Positions 10,990-23,840 of a stretch of 64,000 nt of DNA are shown here, one piece after another. The notes under the pieces were generated by a model, which saw only the letters and a program-made list of their open reading frames with translations, ran no database searches and was not told the DNA's origin. The DNA comes from Zancudomyces culisetae HAW-14-8. Taxonomy: Eukaryota > Fungi > Kickxellomycota. Where the stretch lies: contig JBNJNM010000008.1 of the NCBI GenBank assembly GCA_052426225.1, positions 1,984,001 through 2,048,000 of the forward strand. Direction: 5' to 3'. The position numbers were made by a program, and so were the translations under genes. The first letter of the stretch is position 1, and each line of letters opens with the position of its first letter.

Positions 10990-11924
10990 TAGGTAATATA
11001 ACAAATAGTATATAGATTGCTTGTATATTCCTACGGATTTGAGTGTTCACCAAAAATACACTCCCCTCCTTTTAGACATTTTATTGTAACAAATGTAATA
11101 TACTGTACCAAAAATAACAATAGCTAAAAACTGGCTTAATGTAGGTCTATAGGATTGCCAATTTCTTTATGTACTTGGTTTTTCATAGAACTGGGAATAC
11201 CAACCTTATTGTATACAGCATTTTAAAATAAAAACCATATTATTAATAGTAAAATCACTCGTTTAGGGCTTACAGAAATTGGTTCCTTTTGAACTGCTGC
11301 TTGCTTTCATGCTCGTGCGCTCACTCCCACCGCCGGTGTTCCTGCCACCACTTCCAATGTTGTTGTAAACCTAATTTTATTTTATCTTCTTTTATATGGT
11401 TTACTTTGAAAGATTCTGTTGTTGGGTTAGCAGGTACAACAGAGAATTTAATATTTTATTAAAGGCTCAATAACTTTTGGATTTCTACCTATTTTTACAA
11501 TTTTTCTACTTGGTATGTTTTGTATGTTTGTTTTTTCTCACATTTTATAAAATAAAAAATATAAACTAATACATCGTAGTGTTATGGGCTATTTATGTAA
11601 CACTACAGTTAAATATTTATACTTTGATTATTTTTAATTCGGTTTTCCATAACAACTTTGTGGCTACAAAGTGTGTTAAAAGAGTAAAAAAGCGTTTTTA
11701 GACCAAAATATTAGAGTCGTAATGAATGTTTATTTAAAATATTCAAAAAATGTGAATTAAAAATTATTAAGGGCGATCTCAAAATTAAGGCTAAAATTAA
11801 TCACTGTTACTATTCTATTCAGGTTACTCGTCAACATTAACTGTCAAGCTGTAAAGTGTATCACTATTTTCAATTCCACATATCAGGAGCTGAACCCACA
11901 AAGAACATAATTCTTGGTGAAAAT

Positions 11925-12257
11925 TTAAAAAAGTAAACCTAGCAAACCGCCACCACTTCCTCCTCCAAATAGAGAACTAATTGTACTGAGGATTCCACTT
12001 CCAATGCTTCCTATCAAATCTCCCAAAAGACCACGATCAGCAAGTTCAGCTACCCTAGCGTTTCGAAGCATTGAGCGTTGAACACCATGTGGAAGTCCAG
12101 CTATACCTGCTGCTGCCACTGCTGCTGCCAATTGTTGGTTCTCGTATGCATTGGCAACTGGATTTGCATATTGTCCCACAGGTTGGGCAACTGGTGTGGC
12201 ATTTGCTGCAAGCATTGCACATGCAACTGATACTCCTGCTATTGTGATTTTTACCAT
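11925..12257 (-). CDS. Small secreted Ala/Gly-rich orphan protein, 110 aa
   Basis: ATG in A-rich context, signal-peptide-like N-terminus, coding-like composition in an AT-rich region, TATATAAA ~150 bp upstream. Confidence 0.8.
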   Translation of the reverse strand: MVKITIAGVSVACAMLAANATPVAQPVGQYANPVANAYENQQLAAAVAAAGIAGLPHGVQRSMLRNARVAELADRGLLGDLIGSIGSGILSTISSLFGGGSGGGLLGLLF

Positions 12258-14399
12258 TTTTTCTTTAGTTTACTTTGTTTTTGGTATCTTGGAAAGATAA
12301 TTATGCTTTAAATTGCTAATAATGTGTACAGTAGTAGTAGTAGTACTTGATTCTATTGTGGTTGTTGATGTTGATGTTGTATTTATGGGCAGCAGCTCAT
12401 GGTTTATATACTTTTTATTATTGAATTCTACTATACTGATGAAAAATATTTTACTTTTTACACTAACCACATCAAAAGATGTTTGCACTCATAGTTCTAT
12501 TTTTACAATCCAGATTATATTTTAGTATCTGCCTTTCAAAATACGTAATTCATTACACTTATATTGCTGATATTGCTGAAAATATATATCTTAAATGTTA
12601 TTACATAATGTTTATAGATGTACCTATGAATAGATCAGAAAAAAGTACAAAAATATATCCTTAATTGAAATTCTCCATCACTCTCATTGTATACACACAC
12701 TAATGTATATTAAATAATTACTCAAAACTGGATCACTATGCTTTACAACCTATTCCTCACCTTCATGAGTATATTTTTAGAATTATCGATCTGCCTAAAA
12801 ATCCTAACTCCTAAGTCTACTTTTTATTGATATACCTAATTTTTTTAATTAGATATATTAAGTACTCGGAAAAAAAATCTAGATCTAGATTTGAACTGGA
12901 TAACCACGTTTACAAAAAAAAAACACGATTAAGAATTAATAATATAAATAGTTGCTATCATCACATACGCTTATAACATAATTCACCATACCTCTACCTA
13001 TCCATCATCTCCCAGTAACACGTTATGTTATATTTTTTTAATGAAGTTTATTAAAATATTATATAATTGTTTAAAGTGTATTATATCCCATACCAATTTA
13101 CAAATCTCGGTGATCTTACTGAATATCGGCATTTTCCCTTACAGCATGTATTAGTAATAATTTAAAAAAATTCCATGCCGGTTAGCTAATCAAAAGGTGG
13201 TATTAAAACATTAGCATGTTGGTTTTAACGTTATATTCTTATCCTCCCCCAAATAAGTACATCTAAACAAGCGTGGCTGTATTAACATTATATACATTCT
13301 ATCATTCTTGTTTGCAATAACACGCAGAAAATGTCAACGCTATCACTACTTTAGACATATGGTATATCATGGGTTATTTAACCAAGCAAACTCGACAAAT
13401 ATAGTATATAAACTGCCTATATATATTTGTATTACACTCATATGTACAAAGGTTTTATTCCTTGGCAGACTATGTTTGTTATTACAGGCCAACATAATCA
13501 TCTAGCTTGAAGGGCTTAATCAGAAGGTACCGTTTTATAGTTAGTTTGCTTTGTAAGCTTTGTGAATCATTAAAACTTGAGTTTATAGCTACAACCAAGA
13601 TATAATAAAATAAAAACCAACATTGATAGGTCAAGATACATTTTGTAAACAACCCTAGACGATTTACATCCACAAAGTTCAGGTTGGAGTCCTGGTATTG
13701 CATATTTAGGATTTTTGGTATGAGTTAATCTATTTGCGAAAAAGAGATCACTTCCCCAGTGTCCCTCGGTTCACTCTCTTTTTTTATTATTGTGGAATAA
13801 CGAACATTATATTGACATGTTTTAGTAAAATAGCAAGTCATTAAAGTTAAAAGTATTGACTATATTTGAGACAAATCTACTTTATTATTTGACTGTATTG
13901 ACAGCTTAACAAGGGAGTAATTCTATTTTCATATACAAATATTTTGTTAGCCACCTTCTTTTAATTTCTCTAGGATGTTCATAATCACAGATATTGATTC
14001 AAGGGTGTTGGACCTGCTCTGTGTCGAGCTGTGATGATTATTTTAGCTCGATAAACTCTATTCAAGAATCTCACTGTGCTACAGTTGAGTCAGGGATGCT
14101 ACGCCCGACTTTCTCACCTATAGATCGAATAACAGCCCTGGTGACACACTCTCTCAAACAGCAATTCTTTTATTTTATTACTACTAAAAGTAGAAAAACT
14201 GACTGTATAAATTTGCATCTTATGGCAATTGGCATACTATTATTTTGAAGTAATAAATAAGTCCCATTAAATATTTTTTTCAATTTTTTTGTTATTATTG
14301 AGAACCAAGCCAAGGTAGACATATATCTTAGTTGTTAGAGCATCAATGTTGAGGAATTTGAATCTAATATTTTTTTTCAGTATTAACCGCCATTTGTCC

Positions 14400-14655
14400 A
14401 CACTATCTTACAGAAATTTCGAACTTTTCAGCCCAGTTACTTATAATATTTAAAGATATTTCCACATCCTCTGGTGTTTCGGCCAGAACAACCAAATCGT
14501 CTGCAAAAAGCAAATCCGGTACTCTAGTTGTTACTGTTACTCCTCTTATCTCACTGAACATATCCTTAGTGTATACATTGAATAGAAATGATGACGATTG
14601 GTAACTTTGTCTAACACTACTATCATATTTAACTACTGGTGATAAATCCCCTTGT
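14400..14655 (-). pseudogene. Degenerate non-LTR (LINE) reverse-transcriptase fragment
   Basis: Minus-strand translation reads SVRQSYQSSSFLFNVY...VPDLLFADDLVVLAETPEDV, a decayed GVRQG..SP.LFN and FADD, similar to the LINE at 34-35.5 kb. Confidence 0.75.
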
Positions 14656-14735
14656 TTATAATATCAATTATTGTAATTATAAAAAAAATCAAGTAAATAA
14701 TCGTAAGAAAAAAAAAGAACACAAACAAAAAAAAA

Positions 14736-17700
14736 CTAAAAGATATGTAAGGCTCTAATATCTTCGAGCTTTTTGATGACGTCACCGACTGATCGATCTA
14801 GAGAAGAGGCAATTTCGGTTTTAAGGCAGTATGATGAGTCGTCAGCATAAGGGTTTTCATCGGCGTGTTCATCGTAGAAAATAGAGGCGGAGCGATGTAT
14901 TTTAAGGGGAAGGTTGGAATACAGCTCACACAGCGAGCCATCTATAATGTTTTTGACGGGAGCGACACGGCTTTTGTAAGTGATATGGGAGTTTCCAAGC
15001 TTGGAGAAAAGATGGGAGGATGTGGATGATCTGAGGTGCATTTCCAAGGTCTGGAAAAACTCGACATCAGTGTGTTTGTTAGTTAGCGGAATCATAGCGC
15101 CAATTTGACCAAGAAGAGTAAAGTAAATCAAAACAGGAGCCTTGGGAGCTGTTGAAGAGGATGTAGAATGGGGAGCGACAGATGTACCATTCGGGTACTG
15201 GGAGGATCCTGAGGCTGAGGCTGAAGAGTGCTGCAGGTGCTTCGCATCTACATAATCGTAATCAATGGCGTTGTAGTCATGATGCTGGTCAACTCCACCA
15301 GACATGGCAGCAAAGTCAGTAGTGGCACTGAGGTCATAGTCAGACAATTTTTTGAATGCGTAGGGCCAACTGGGCAGAGAAACCATATGAGTAATGATGT
15401 CGGAGCCGCCGATACTTGATTGAGCAATCAGCTCGAATTTGTATGGTGCCTCAAAGGAGAGTGCATAGGAGGAGGAAGCTGACTGGATGGCACCAACAGC
15501 ACCAAAACCACCGATGTTTGAGGGGACAGCAGCAGCTAGACGTCTCCTAGGGTTTTGGAAAGTGGCCTTTTTATTCATAATGTTAATCAAGATCTGATGA
15601 AGAGCCATGTGTGTAGAGGAGTCAGTGTTTGCGGCAGGAGCTCGGTCAAGTTGTTTGCGCAAGTCATCAGGCAGTCGCAGCACGGCAAAGGTGCCGAATT
15701 TATCAGATACAGCGACAGTATCGCGATCCAAAAAGGTAAGCGCAGTGATGTAGCGTGGGACAACGTCATCGCAAACAACGAAAAACTGATGAGCGGAGGG
15801 ACTGTAGACAACATAGTGTACTGATTCGGAAACGTCGCTGACTACAAGCCGGTTGGAAAAGACAGGTTTTACCGAGTCAGAAGTCTTTGAGTAGGCGTAT
15901 CTATGGCGGGTGGGTGCAACGACTATACGGGTAAGCAGGGTAGGCAACCCACCTAAATGAGCCTTGCGAAGCAACTGCTTGCGCCCCAAGTCATACATTA
16001 TCAGCGAATTTCCCACAGCGGCCAACAACTGGCCCTGGAATTCAACTAGGCACTGTGGTACATGAGCAGTTTGTGTCTTGTGCAGCAATTCCAGTACCAG
16101 CTGGCCGTCTTCAGTCTGTGAAAACGTATACACTCTCAGGTATGCCGCTTTACATGTCCTAGGCTTGAGAGTGACATCTACGCCGGTGCCCACAACCAAT
16201 ACGTGGTCATCAATCTCGCTGTTCGAGTGATAAAATTTGACCAATGCCACCGAAAACGCAGCCTCGTTGTCTTCCAGCTCTAAGATGTGGTCTGAGTTTC
16301 CAGTGAACGGATCGAGAACACGAATGCACGAAGCCCAGCAGCCGTCGCCGTTGCAAACATATCCAAATTGCGATGGGGGAAGCGCAGAGTAGTGTTGGGC
16401 AAAATCTTCAGTGTTTCCAATGATCCCGTGCTCCGATTCTATAACTACAAACTTTTTGTACTTGCTATGCAACACGAAGCCGCGCGGAGTGTAGGAAAGC
16501 GGCATTGACACAGTGTTTATCTGCGCGTCGAGTCGATCGACCGTAATAATCCGCAACGAGTTTTCGGAGATAGCTACGACGCCCTCACTGATTTGCTCAG
16601 ACCGGAACCCTGCAGCAAACTCAAGCATGTCATAGGAAAGTGGGTCTAGCCTATGCTGACCACTATGTTTGTAGCTGATCCAGGGTCGTGTCGACAATGC
16701 CAAGACGCATTGCCGGCCCTGAGAGGCCATCATTGGGAACAACTTTACAGGTTTGGTTCCCAAAAAGCGGGTTCTAGTATCGGTCATCTCATATGTGGCT
16801 GAATCTAGAGCTGTACGCTGCATAATTCCGTTTCGTAGTCCAACAAACATGTAAAGTTCGTTTACTGTGTGGCCTACATGACTCAAACAAAGTGAATCGG
16901 GCATATCGGAAAGTGCTAGCGTACCAAGAATGTCTAGATCCTTGTTTGGATCAATAGATACCAACCTCGCCGTTTGGTCGTTGCATCCTATAGCCATCAC
17001 CAATGCCCTAGTTCGCCCTTCTTGAATCTCTGGAATTGCCAAACACACAACATCACATCCAATGTTCAGTTTTTCACCCCACTCGGATAGTATACCCAAA
17101 TCACCATCAAGCTCAAACAAAATAACATCACCACGGTTCAGTGCTATCACGACCTGTCTGCTATTTGAAGTCGTAGCAATAATCTCTCGGCCTGGTGGTG
17201 GCTGCCACTCGTTTACTCTTCCATCGGCTTTGATGTGTCGCAGAGCATGTGGTGTAACTTGCAACATCCCATTGTCTGCCAACAGCTGCACCCCCAATGT
17301 AGGCGTATCACTGATAAATCCTGAGTCCAGTACCTCCTCAACCTCTTCGCCAATCAGCAACACCAATGTTGCGTCCAGAAATGACACCACAATGTACGAG
17401 TCGTATTCATCTTCTATACGCTTCTTGATCGTCCACACTGCCTTTGCGTTTCCCGGCAACTCACTCACTGCCATTTCTGTAACCTCCAGTCCATGCCTAA
17501 TTACCTTAAGACTACTTCCTCCTCCTCTTCCACATAGTCCATACATCTGTGGTGTGTCCTCCTGTGCAAGGTTGTTGATCATTCCTCCTACAAACGGACA
17601 AAGACTGTCCAGCTCGCCTACAAGTGTCAAGCTACTCAAACTTCGCGGCTGAAATTCTGCCTCTTGTTCTTCATCTTGGTTCATCTCATCATCATCATCA

Positions 17701-18982
17701 TCATCCCTTTCCTCTACCGCCAGATACTCAACTTCGTCACCTTCATCTCCCAAATTCTCCAATTGGTACAACTGATGGTTTCCAAACTCTGCTCCACAAA
17801 ACAAAAAGCCACTTCGAAATACTGCTAGTGCATTAGCCACTGCCACTGTATCAAAGTATTTGATTCCAAACTCATGCATCTTCCCCTCCTTGTATTCTAT
17901 CCGTACCTTAAACAGATCTCCTTCTTCGCTCTGTAACAATATAAAACTGCCCTTTTTCATCCTATGAACCACACCACTAACTATTATACTCTCTCGCTCC
18001 TTAGATCCTCCTGCTCCAATCGCCCGTTTTGGAATAGGTACCCTCAACCCTCGCTGTCTGTTGCTGTGCATATACGTAATATATCCTTCACTACACACAA
18101 GCACCCCAGACGGGCCCTCTTCACCCCCAGGTACGGCTATTAGCTTGTTTGCCCGTGAATCCACTGTCGCACTCCACTGTCGTACCACATGATTGAGCCC
18201 CAAATCCAGCTCGTAGTACACTAAACTTTTCCCAGAGTTAATCAAACCCTCCCCCATTTCATCTCTGTCGATTTCGGCATAGTTGCTCTCCAACGTCGCA
18301 AATATCGGGTTTTCGTACCCTACATCTACCCCCACTACATCATAACATATGCTCCCGCTCTTATGTGCCTCCAGAGGACTTGAAATTGTGAGATTTGCCT
18401 CTGAATCTCGATTGATTATATATACAAACTTTTGCTTTTCGACAGCTCCTATCATTAATGCTCTGCCCTGTGGATCGCTCGCTAAATACTGTCCCGGTAC
18501 CAATCTTCGAAACCCTGTCCGTCCGAAAGCCTCTTGTTGAATCACCTCGAATTCCTTTCGATCCTCCTTATATTCCAATATCGTGATTGCTCCCGAATCG
18601 CTTCCGATAACAACATACTCTATTATTTATTTATTATTGCCATTTTATTCTATTTTTGAGCATCTAATAACAATCTTTTGTTATAAGCACATTAGACTAT
18701 AAAAGAAATAAACATAAACCTATTCATTGAGTAGATATCTTTTCAAGTAGATTTACCTTTACTGCCCCCAGTTAATCGGAATGTTATTAAACTTCTAATC
18801 TTTCCCATAACATTTTCAGAGTGTATTTCGACAAGCTTTCCCGTTGTTGTTTCAATTTCCCATAGTTCTATTCTATCATTTCTTGCCAACACCAACTCTT
18901 GTGTTCTCCTGCCCCGGAAATGACCTACACATGCATGCTCGACCGCGGTAGCGCTCTGTAACTCAACATTATACAAATACAT
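14736..18982 (-). CDS. SF3B3: Splicing factor 3B subunit 3 (Rse1/SAP130); exons 18982-18757 and 18619-14736
   Basis: MYLYN...FRLTGGSK, GT-AG intron 18756-18620, then EYVVIGSDSG; RRLVPGQYLASDPQGRA, YELDLGLNHVVR, C-terminal VIKKLEDIR. Confidence 0.95.
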
Positions 18983-19639
18983 TCTCCCTTTTAATTATTT
19001 GTTTTTTAATCACCGCTATTCTCCTTTTTTTCCGCGCTATTATTCGCTTTTCTTTTTTTTACAGATTTCTCACTATCGTAAAAATTATATTATATCGCGG
19101 TTGTTCTCGTCTTATACCCTTTCCCTTGTTCTTTTGCGCCTCACTGACCGATTTGCTATGAATCAATTGTTTTTAAATAAAATAAAATAAAATAAAAAAT
19201 TAGTATATCTTATTCGTTACTGCAAAATGCTTATTTTTTTCTATCTTTCGCGCTCGATTTTCCCACCTATTTTAATTATTTACCGCTTTTTATTTATTTT
19301 AGCAAATATAATTTATTACAGTAGCAAATTTTTCGCATTCAAAATAAAAAAACGAAAAAAAAAAAATTAAAGTGAAAAATGAAAAGCGAAAAGTGAAAAT
19401 TTTTTTACAACTTTGATCCTGGAGGCTATCAACTCCCGTACATCCCTTAGCTGTATTTTGGGAAATGAGCTTTTTTTTTTTTGGCGGACTTTTTTTAACT
19501 TTTTTACTCATTTTCGCTCATTAACAGTTAACACATTTCACTTTTTTTGATACCTGTCTGTATATACCTAGTTTATTTTGATATTTCGCAAAGTTTATTC
19601 ATAGTTGCATTAGAAAAAAACCTATATAAAAAGAAATAC

Positions 19640-19674
19640 CAAAAGCAAAAGCAAAAGCAAAAGCAAAAGCAAAA
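19640..19674. repeat. (CAAAAG)n tandem repeat
   Basis: Five to six tandem units just 3' of the 19.7-21 kb gene. Confidence 0.85.
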
Positions 19675-19743
19675 ACAGTAGTATATCATCAGTATACCAC
19701 CACTTGCAGCTACTTATGGGCCAATTCAACACGTTCTCAAACC

Positions 19744-20961
19744 CTAATCAAAAATAGCACTCGCCTCTGCAGCAATCCCATATTCGGTGAGAATACCAAA
19801 CTCGTTTCTAATAATGTTTCGCAACTCTTTGATTCTCTCTGGATCTTCGGTTGGGTCAGAATCAAGCGCCCAGCTAAATTGCGACATATACGCTCTGTTG
19901 TTCCGTGTAATGACCGAAACTTTATTTGGTGCAATTATTTCTATATGTACCACATCGAAATAATCGTTTCTCGTGAATAACACTACCCGCTTTACCTTCT
20001 TTTCTATAAACTCCTTAAGCTTGTTATATTTTTCTTGGCTTTCCTCAAATGCAGCTTTGTCGCCCTGCTCTTTCAATGATATCATTTTCTTGTACGCACT
20101 GTTCTGTTCAGCTTCAATGCTACTCATGTACCATTTGAGAATACTCACTCGTTCAATTTCTTTGTTGTCTGGAGACAGCCTATTGGTATTTGCGAGTGCA
20201 CTTCTGATGCATTGTAGGACCAACCCCTTTCTGTCTTCATCGTCATCAGTTTCAGCCGGTCTGTTTTTGCTCTTTGCAAGTAACATCTCCCTTGCTCCGG
20301 CTAATATGTCGGTAATCTTCTGGAATGTGTCAAACAAATTTGATGCATAGTTAAGCAGTTCGGCTTTTTTTTTACGCACATCTTCGCTGCTGTCTCTTTT
20401 AGAGAACTGTTGAGAAAAAAGAGCAGAGTGTTTTTGTGTGATCAAGTTGATAAACGCCTTTACATTTCTTACCTCCTCCTTCAGATCGCCTCTATGTGTT
20501 TTAACCAGATCAAGCTGTCTATAATAAAACAATGAATAATATGACAATACATCTACCCACTTGTTGAGGTCATTGACAAAGTACTGGTCCAAGATAAAGC
20601 TGGGGAATGGTTCTGGGTTATAGTTAACATGTTGGTTCAGGTAAGCAATGAGGTTATGTACCTCTGTTGATCCACGCTGGACGGTTTGTAATATTTCTGT
20701 GTAGTATTTGGAAACTCTGTGAACTAAAAAATCGGGACTCTGGAGGTATTGGCAGTTCTTGATTACCATGTTTTGTGTCAATGCATAATTCCCTGTCTCT
20801 GCGTTTACAATACATTGATGAAAGTTATAGCTTGGCCACGCTCCACCAAGATCATGTGTTTTATAACACTCTTCAAACTTTTCTAGAGTAAATCCAGCTA
20901 CCTTTCTTGTAAAAAGAGCAATTACTAACACCCCAACAGTATCTCTCGAGTACAACCACAT
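19744..20961 (-). CDS. Hypothetical, probably secreted helical protein (~405 aa from the ATG at 20961)
   Basis: Long intronless ORF. The first ATG is followed by hydrophobic VGVLVIALF. No family recognised. Confidence 0.7.
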   Translation of the reverse strand: MWLYSRDTVGVLVIALFTRKVAGFTLEKFEECYKTHDLGGAWPSYNFHQCIVNAETGNYALTQNMVIKNCQYLQSPDFLVHRVSKYYTEILQTVQRGSTEVHNLIAYLNQHVNYNPEPFPSFILDQYFVNDLNKWVDVLSYYSLFYYRQLDLVKTHRGDLKEEVRNVKAFINLITQKHSALFSQQFSKRDSSEDVRKKKAELLNYASNLFDTFQKITDILAGAREMLLAKSKNRPAETDDDEDRKGLVLQCIRSALANTNRLSPDNKEIERVSILKWYMSSIEAEQNSAYKKMISLKEQGDKAAFEESQEKYNKLKEFIEKKVKRVVLFTRNDYFDVVHIEIIAPNKVSVITRNNRAYMSQFSWALDSDPTEDPERIKELRNIIRNEFGILTEYGIAAEASAIFD

Positions 20962-22357
20962 TTTTTTCCGCTTGTAGTCGCCTTTATGTATCTCTACTAC
21001 GATTAATAATCGTTTTCCTGGCAAAAAATAATCAAGCAAAAGCTTTTTTTATTATTATTTAGAGAGTAGGATATCTTGAATATCACCCGTATCAAAGGAT
21101 TAGATCCTGACTATTCCAGAGCAGATAGGAAATACTTGGGGTTTTATATTTTTACAGAACTACACTCATTTCTGTAAAAGCATATTTGTTAACACTATAC
21201 ACCTACCTGCTCCTTTTTAGATCTTTCTGCTTTCCGCTCACCTTCCCCCTTTGTACATTTTGTTTCGTTTTGTTTTGCGTCTTCGGTTCATTATCCATTC
21301 TCATAATACTTGTACTTGATATTTGCGTTATAAAATCGGGTTATATGGAAAGTTTAATTTGTCTAGCCGAGTTTTATTGAAGAAGAAAAAAAGGTAGTTA
21401 CTGGGCACTCAAAGTATAACTTGTTATTAACCCTGTTCATTTCGAGTAAAAGAATAACACATTAGGAACTTTATATAAACCCTTTTATAGGATTCCTTTT
21501 TTTTTCTTGCTTTTCTAAGGGTTCTAAATGGTAAAAGAACGTTTCAACAGCGAATGAAACGAAAAATACACAGGTTTATTGTAATATATTATAGAAAAAA
21601 ATAGGAAAATGATAACATCTCTATATTTGCTGCCCTATAAATATACTAGAGCGGAAGAAAAGGAACAAATCCTAGCATATGGCATAAACTCTTAAGCAAA
21701 GTATCAAAGTACCAGTTTTAGTTTTTTTACCCATTTCAATACTCGCAACAATTAACACACTTGAACCACACTAAATAGAATAGGAATTGGGCGAACCAGA
21801 GAGAACTAGATTGGTAAGAGAATATGATCCCAGTCCAACTAAAGTTGCCTTTAAAGCCATGCTTGCAGTTTGTATATTCTCCAGAGAGGAAATAATTTTG
21901 TTTGGTTTTGTTCAGCATTTACAAGTTTAGCGTGATTCCATTGCGGCCCTTCTTTGTGCTTTCACTTTTTGCTTTGGTATGTGTACCATCTTGTGGAAGC
22001 TAACGCTTTTTTAAAATGGATCCGCATCTCCTCCCCAACTTTTCAAAAGAGGAACACATTTTGTGTTAGATTTCACTGATAACAGCTGCGTAATGTACCC
22101 ATTAAAGCAAATATAGAAAGTTTACCTCCAAGGATAACAGAGCCGTCATAAGTATGACCATTTGGTTCAAAAAACCAAGAAGATGTATTTGAGAAGTTAA
22201 GGAATCTTGATTTATTTTGACACTTTTTTTTCCTTTAATAAAGGAGCGGATGAAAAAAAAAACAGTAAATGTAAGTACAGGCGCAAGAGCAAGTGGCACT
22301 GTAGGTTTAAATGTAAGAGTAAAAGTAAAAGTAAAAGTAAATGCGGGCATAGAAAAA

Positions 22358-23840
22358 TTAGAAATTGTAGTTGTTCAAAATCTTTACTGTTTGCCAGACT
22401 TCCTCAAATGTGTTGAACAGTGGGGAAGGAGCCAATCTGATACACTCGGGTTTGCGGACATCAACAATAAGTCCAAAGGACTTCAAATAATCAGCAACAT
22501 CCATAAGTATCTTTGAGTCGAACTTCAGGCACAACATAGCACCACGTTGTTCTTTGTCCTTTGGAGTAATTATTTCAATGTTTTTGGATGTATTTTCAAG
22601 AGTGGTCAATAGGTATTCCATATATCCTGTAAGGACTCTAGATTTTGTGGAAATAAACTCCATCGAGACCTTGTCAAAAACTTCCATGGAAGCTAGTACA
22701 CAAACCAAAGTTGTGACTGGTGGGTTTGATTGGCGGAATCCATAGATACCTTCAGCTGGGTCAAAGTTGTTGTCCATGTTGAATCTTGTTTCAAGCTTGT
22801 GGGACCACCAGCCAGTTAGTCTGTTTCTAGAAAAGTCCTTGGCAAACTTATTGTGAACAAAAGCACCACCAATTGCTCCTGGGCCCGAGCAGAGATATTT
22901 ATAGTTGCACCATGTAGCAAAATCTACATTCCAATCATGAAGCTTCACCACAACATTTCCGACTGTGTGAGCCAAGTCCCATCCTACAATACTGCCGTTG
23001 TCGTGACCTGCCTTGGTAATTCTTTCTATGTCGAACCGTTGTCCAGTGTAATATTGAACTCCTGGCAACCACACCAAAGCAAGGGAGTCAGCATGCTCCT
23101 CAATGGTTTTTATGATGTCTTCGGTTCTAAGGGTTTCCTCACCTTCTCTTGGCTTCAAAAGAATAAGAGATGTCTTGGGGCTAAGTCCGTGCATCTTGAT
23201 TTGTGAAGTCACAGCGTAGTGATCTGAAGGGAAAGCATGCTCTTCAATGATTATCTTGTGTCTTTTCTCGTTTGGTGTGTAAAAGGCAGAGAACAAGATG
23301 TGGATATTTGTGGTTAATGTGTTCATTATAGCAACTTCGTCTTTCTCTGCACCAACTATCTTTGCCATTGATGGTACAATATAATCATCATAAGTTACCC
23401 ATGGTCTGCCGTTTGTTTGGGATACGTGACCACACACTGCTTCATTAGACCACACGTTCAGTTCAGCTTCCATTTTAGATCGGAGGTTCTTTGGAAGCAT
23501 TCCCAGGGAGTGTGTGCAAAAGTATATGCATTTGTCTTTTTCCTTTTCCTCGACTATTAATATATATTTTTTAGAGTAAGATAAGCATGACTAACGTGAC
23601 ATGTGGTATATGGCATATGGAAGGTTTCTTTTCAACAACCCACTATAAAAGAAAATAATACTCACTTGTACGTGTAATTTCACCCACTGCTACTGGGGTA
23701 GGGTATTCGAATTCTTCACGGAGATTCTTCAGCTCTGGCCTGGCATCCATTTCCTTTGCAAATTCAAGACTGAGTGGACCATTCTTTGAGGAGTCAAAGT
23801 ATTCCTCAACGGTTCTGATGGCTGATGCTTCGTAAGTCAT
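22358..23840 (-). CDS. BNA5: Kynureninase; exons 23840-23666 and 23553-22358
   Basis: IYFCTHSLG, MNTLTTNIH, AFPSDHYA, GVQYYTGQ, GWDLAHTVGN, PLP lysine in WCNYKYLCSGPG. The GT-AG intron restores frame. Confidence 0.95.

Noticed and set aside
11270-11375. GC-rich exon-like patch on the minus strand
   Set aside because: No start or partner exon could be linked to it.
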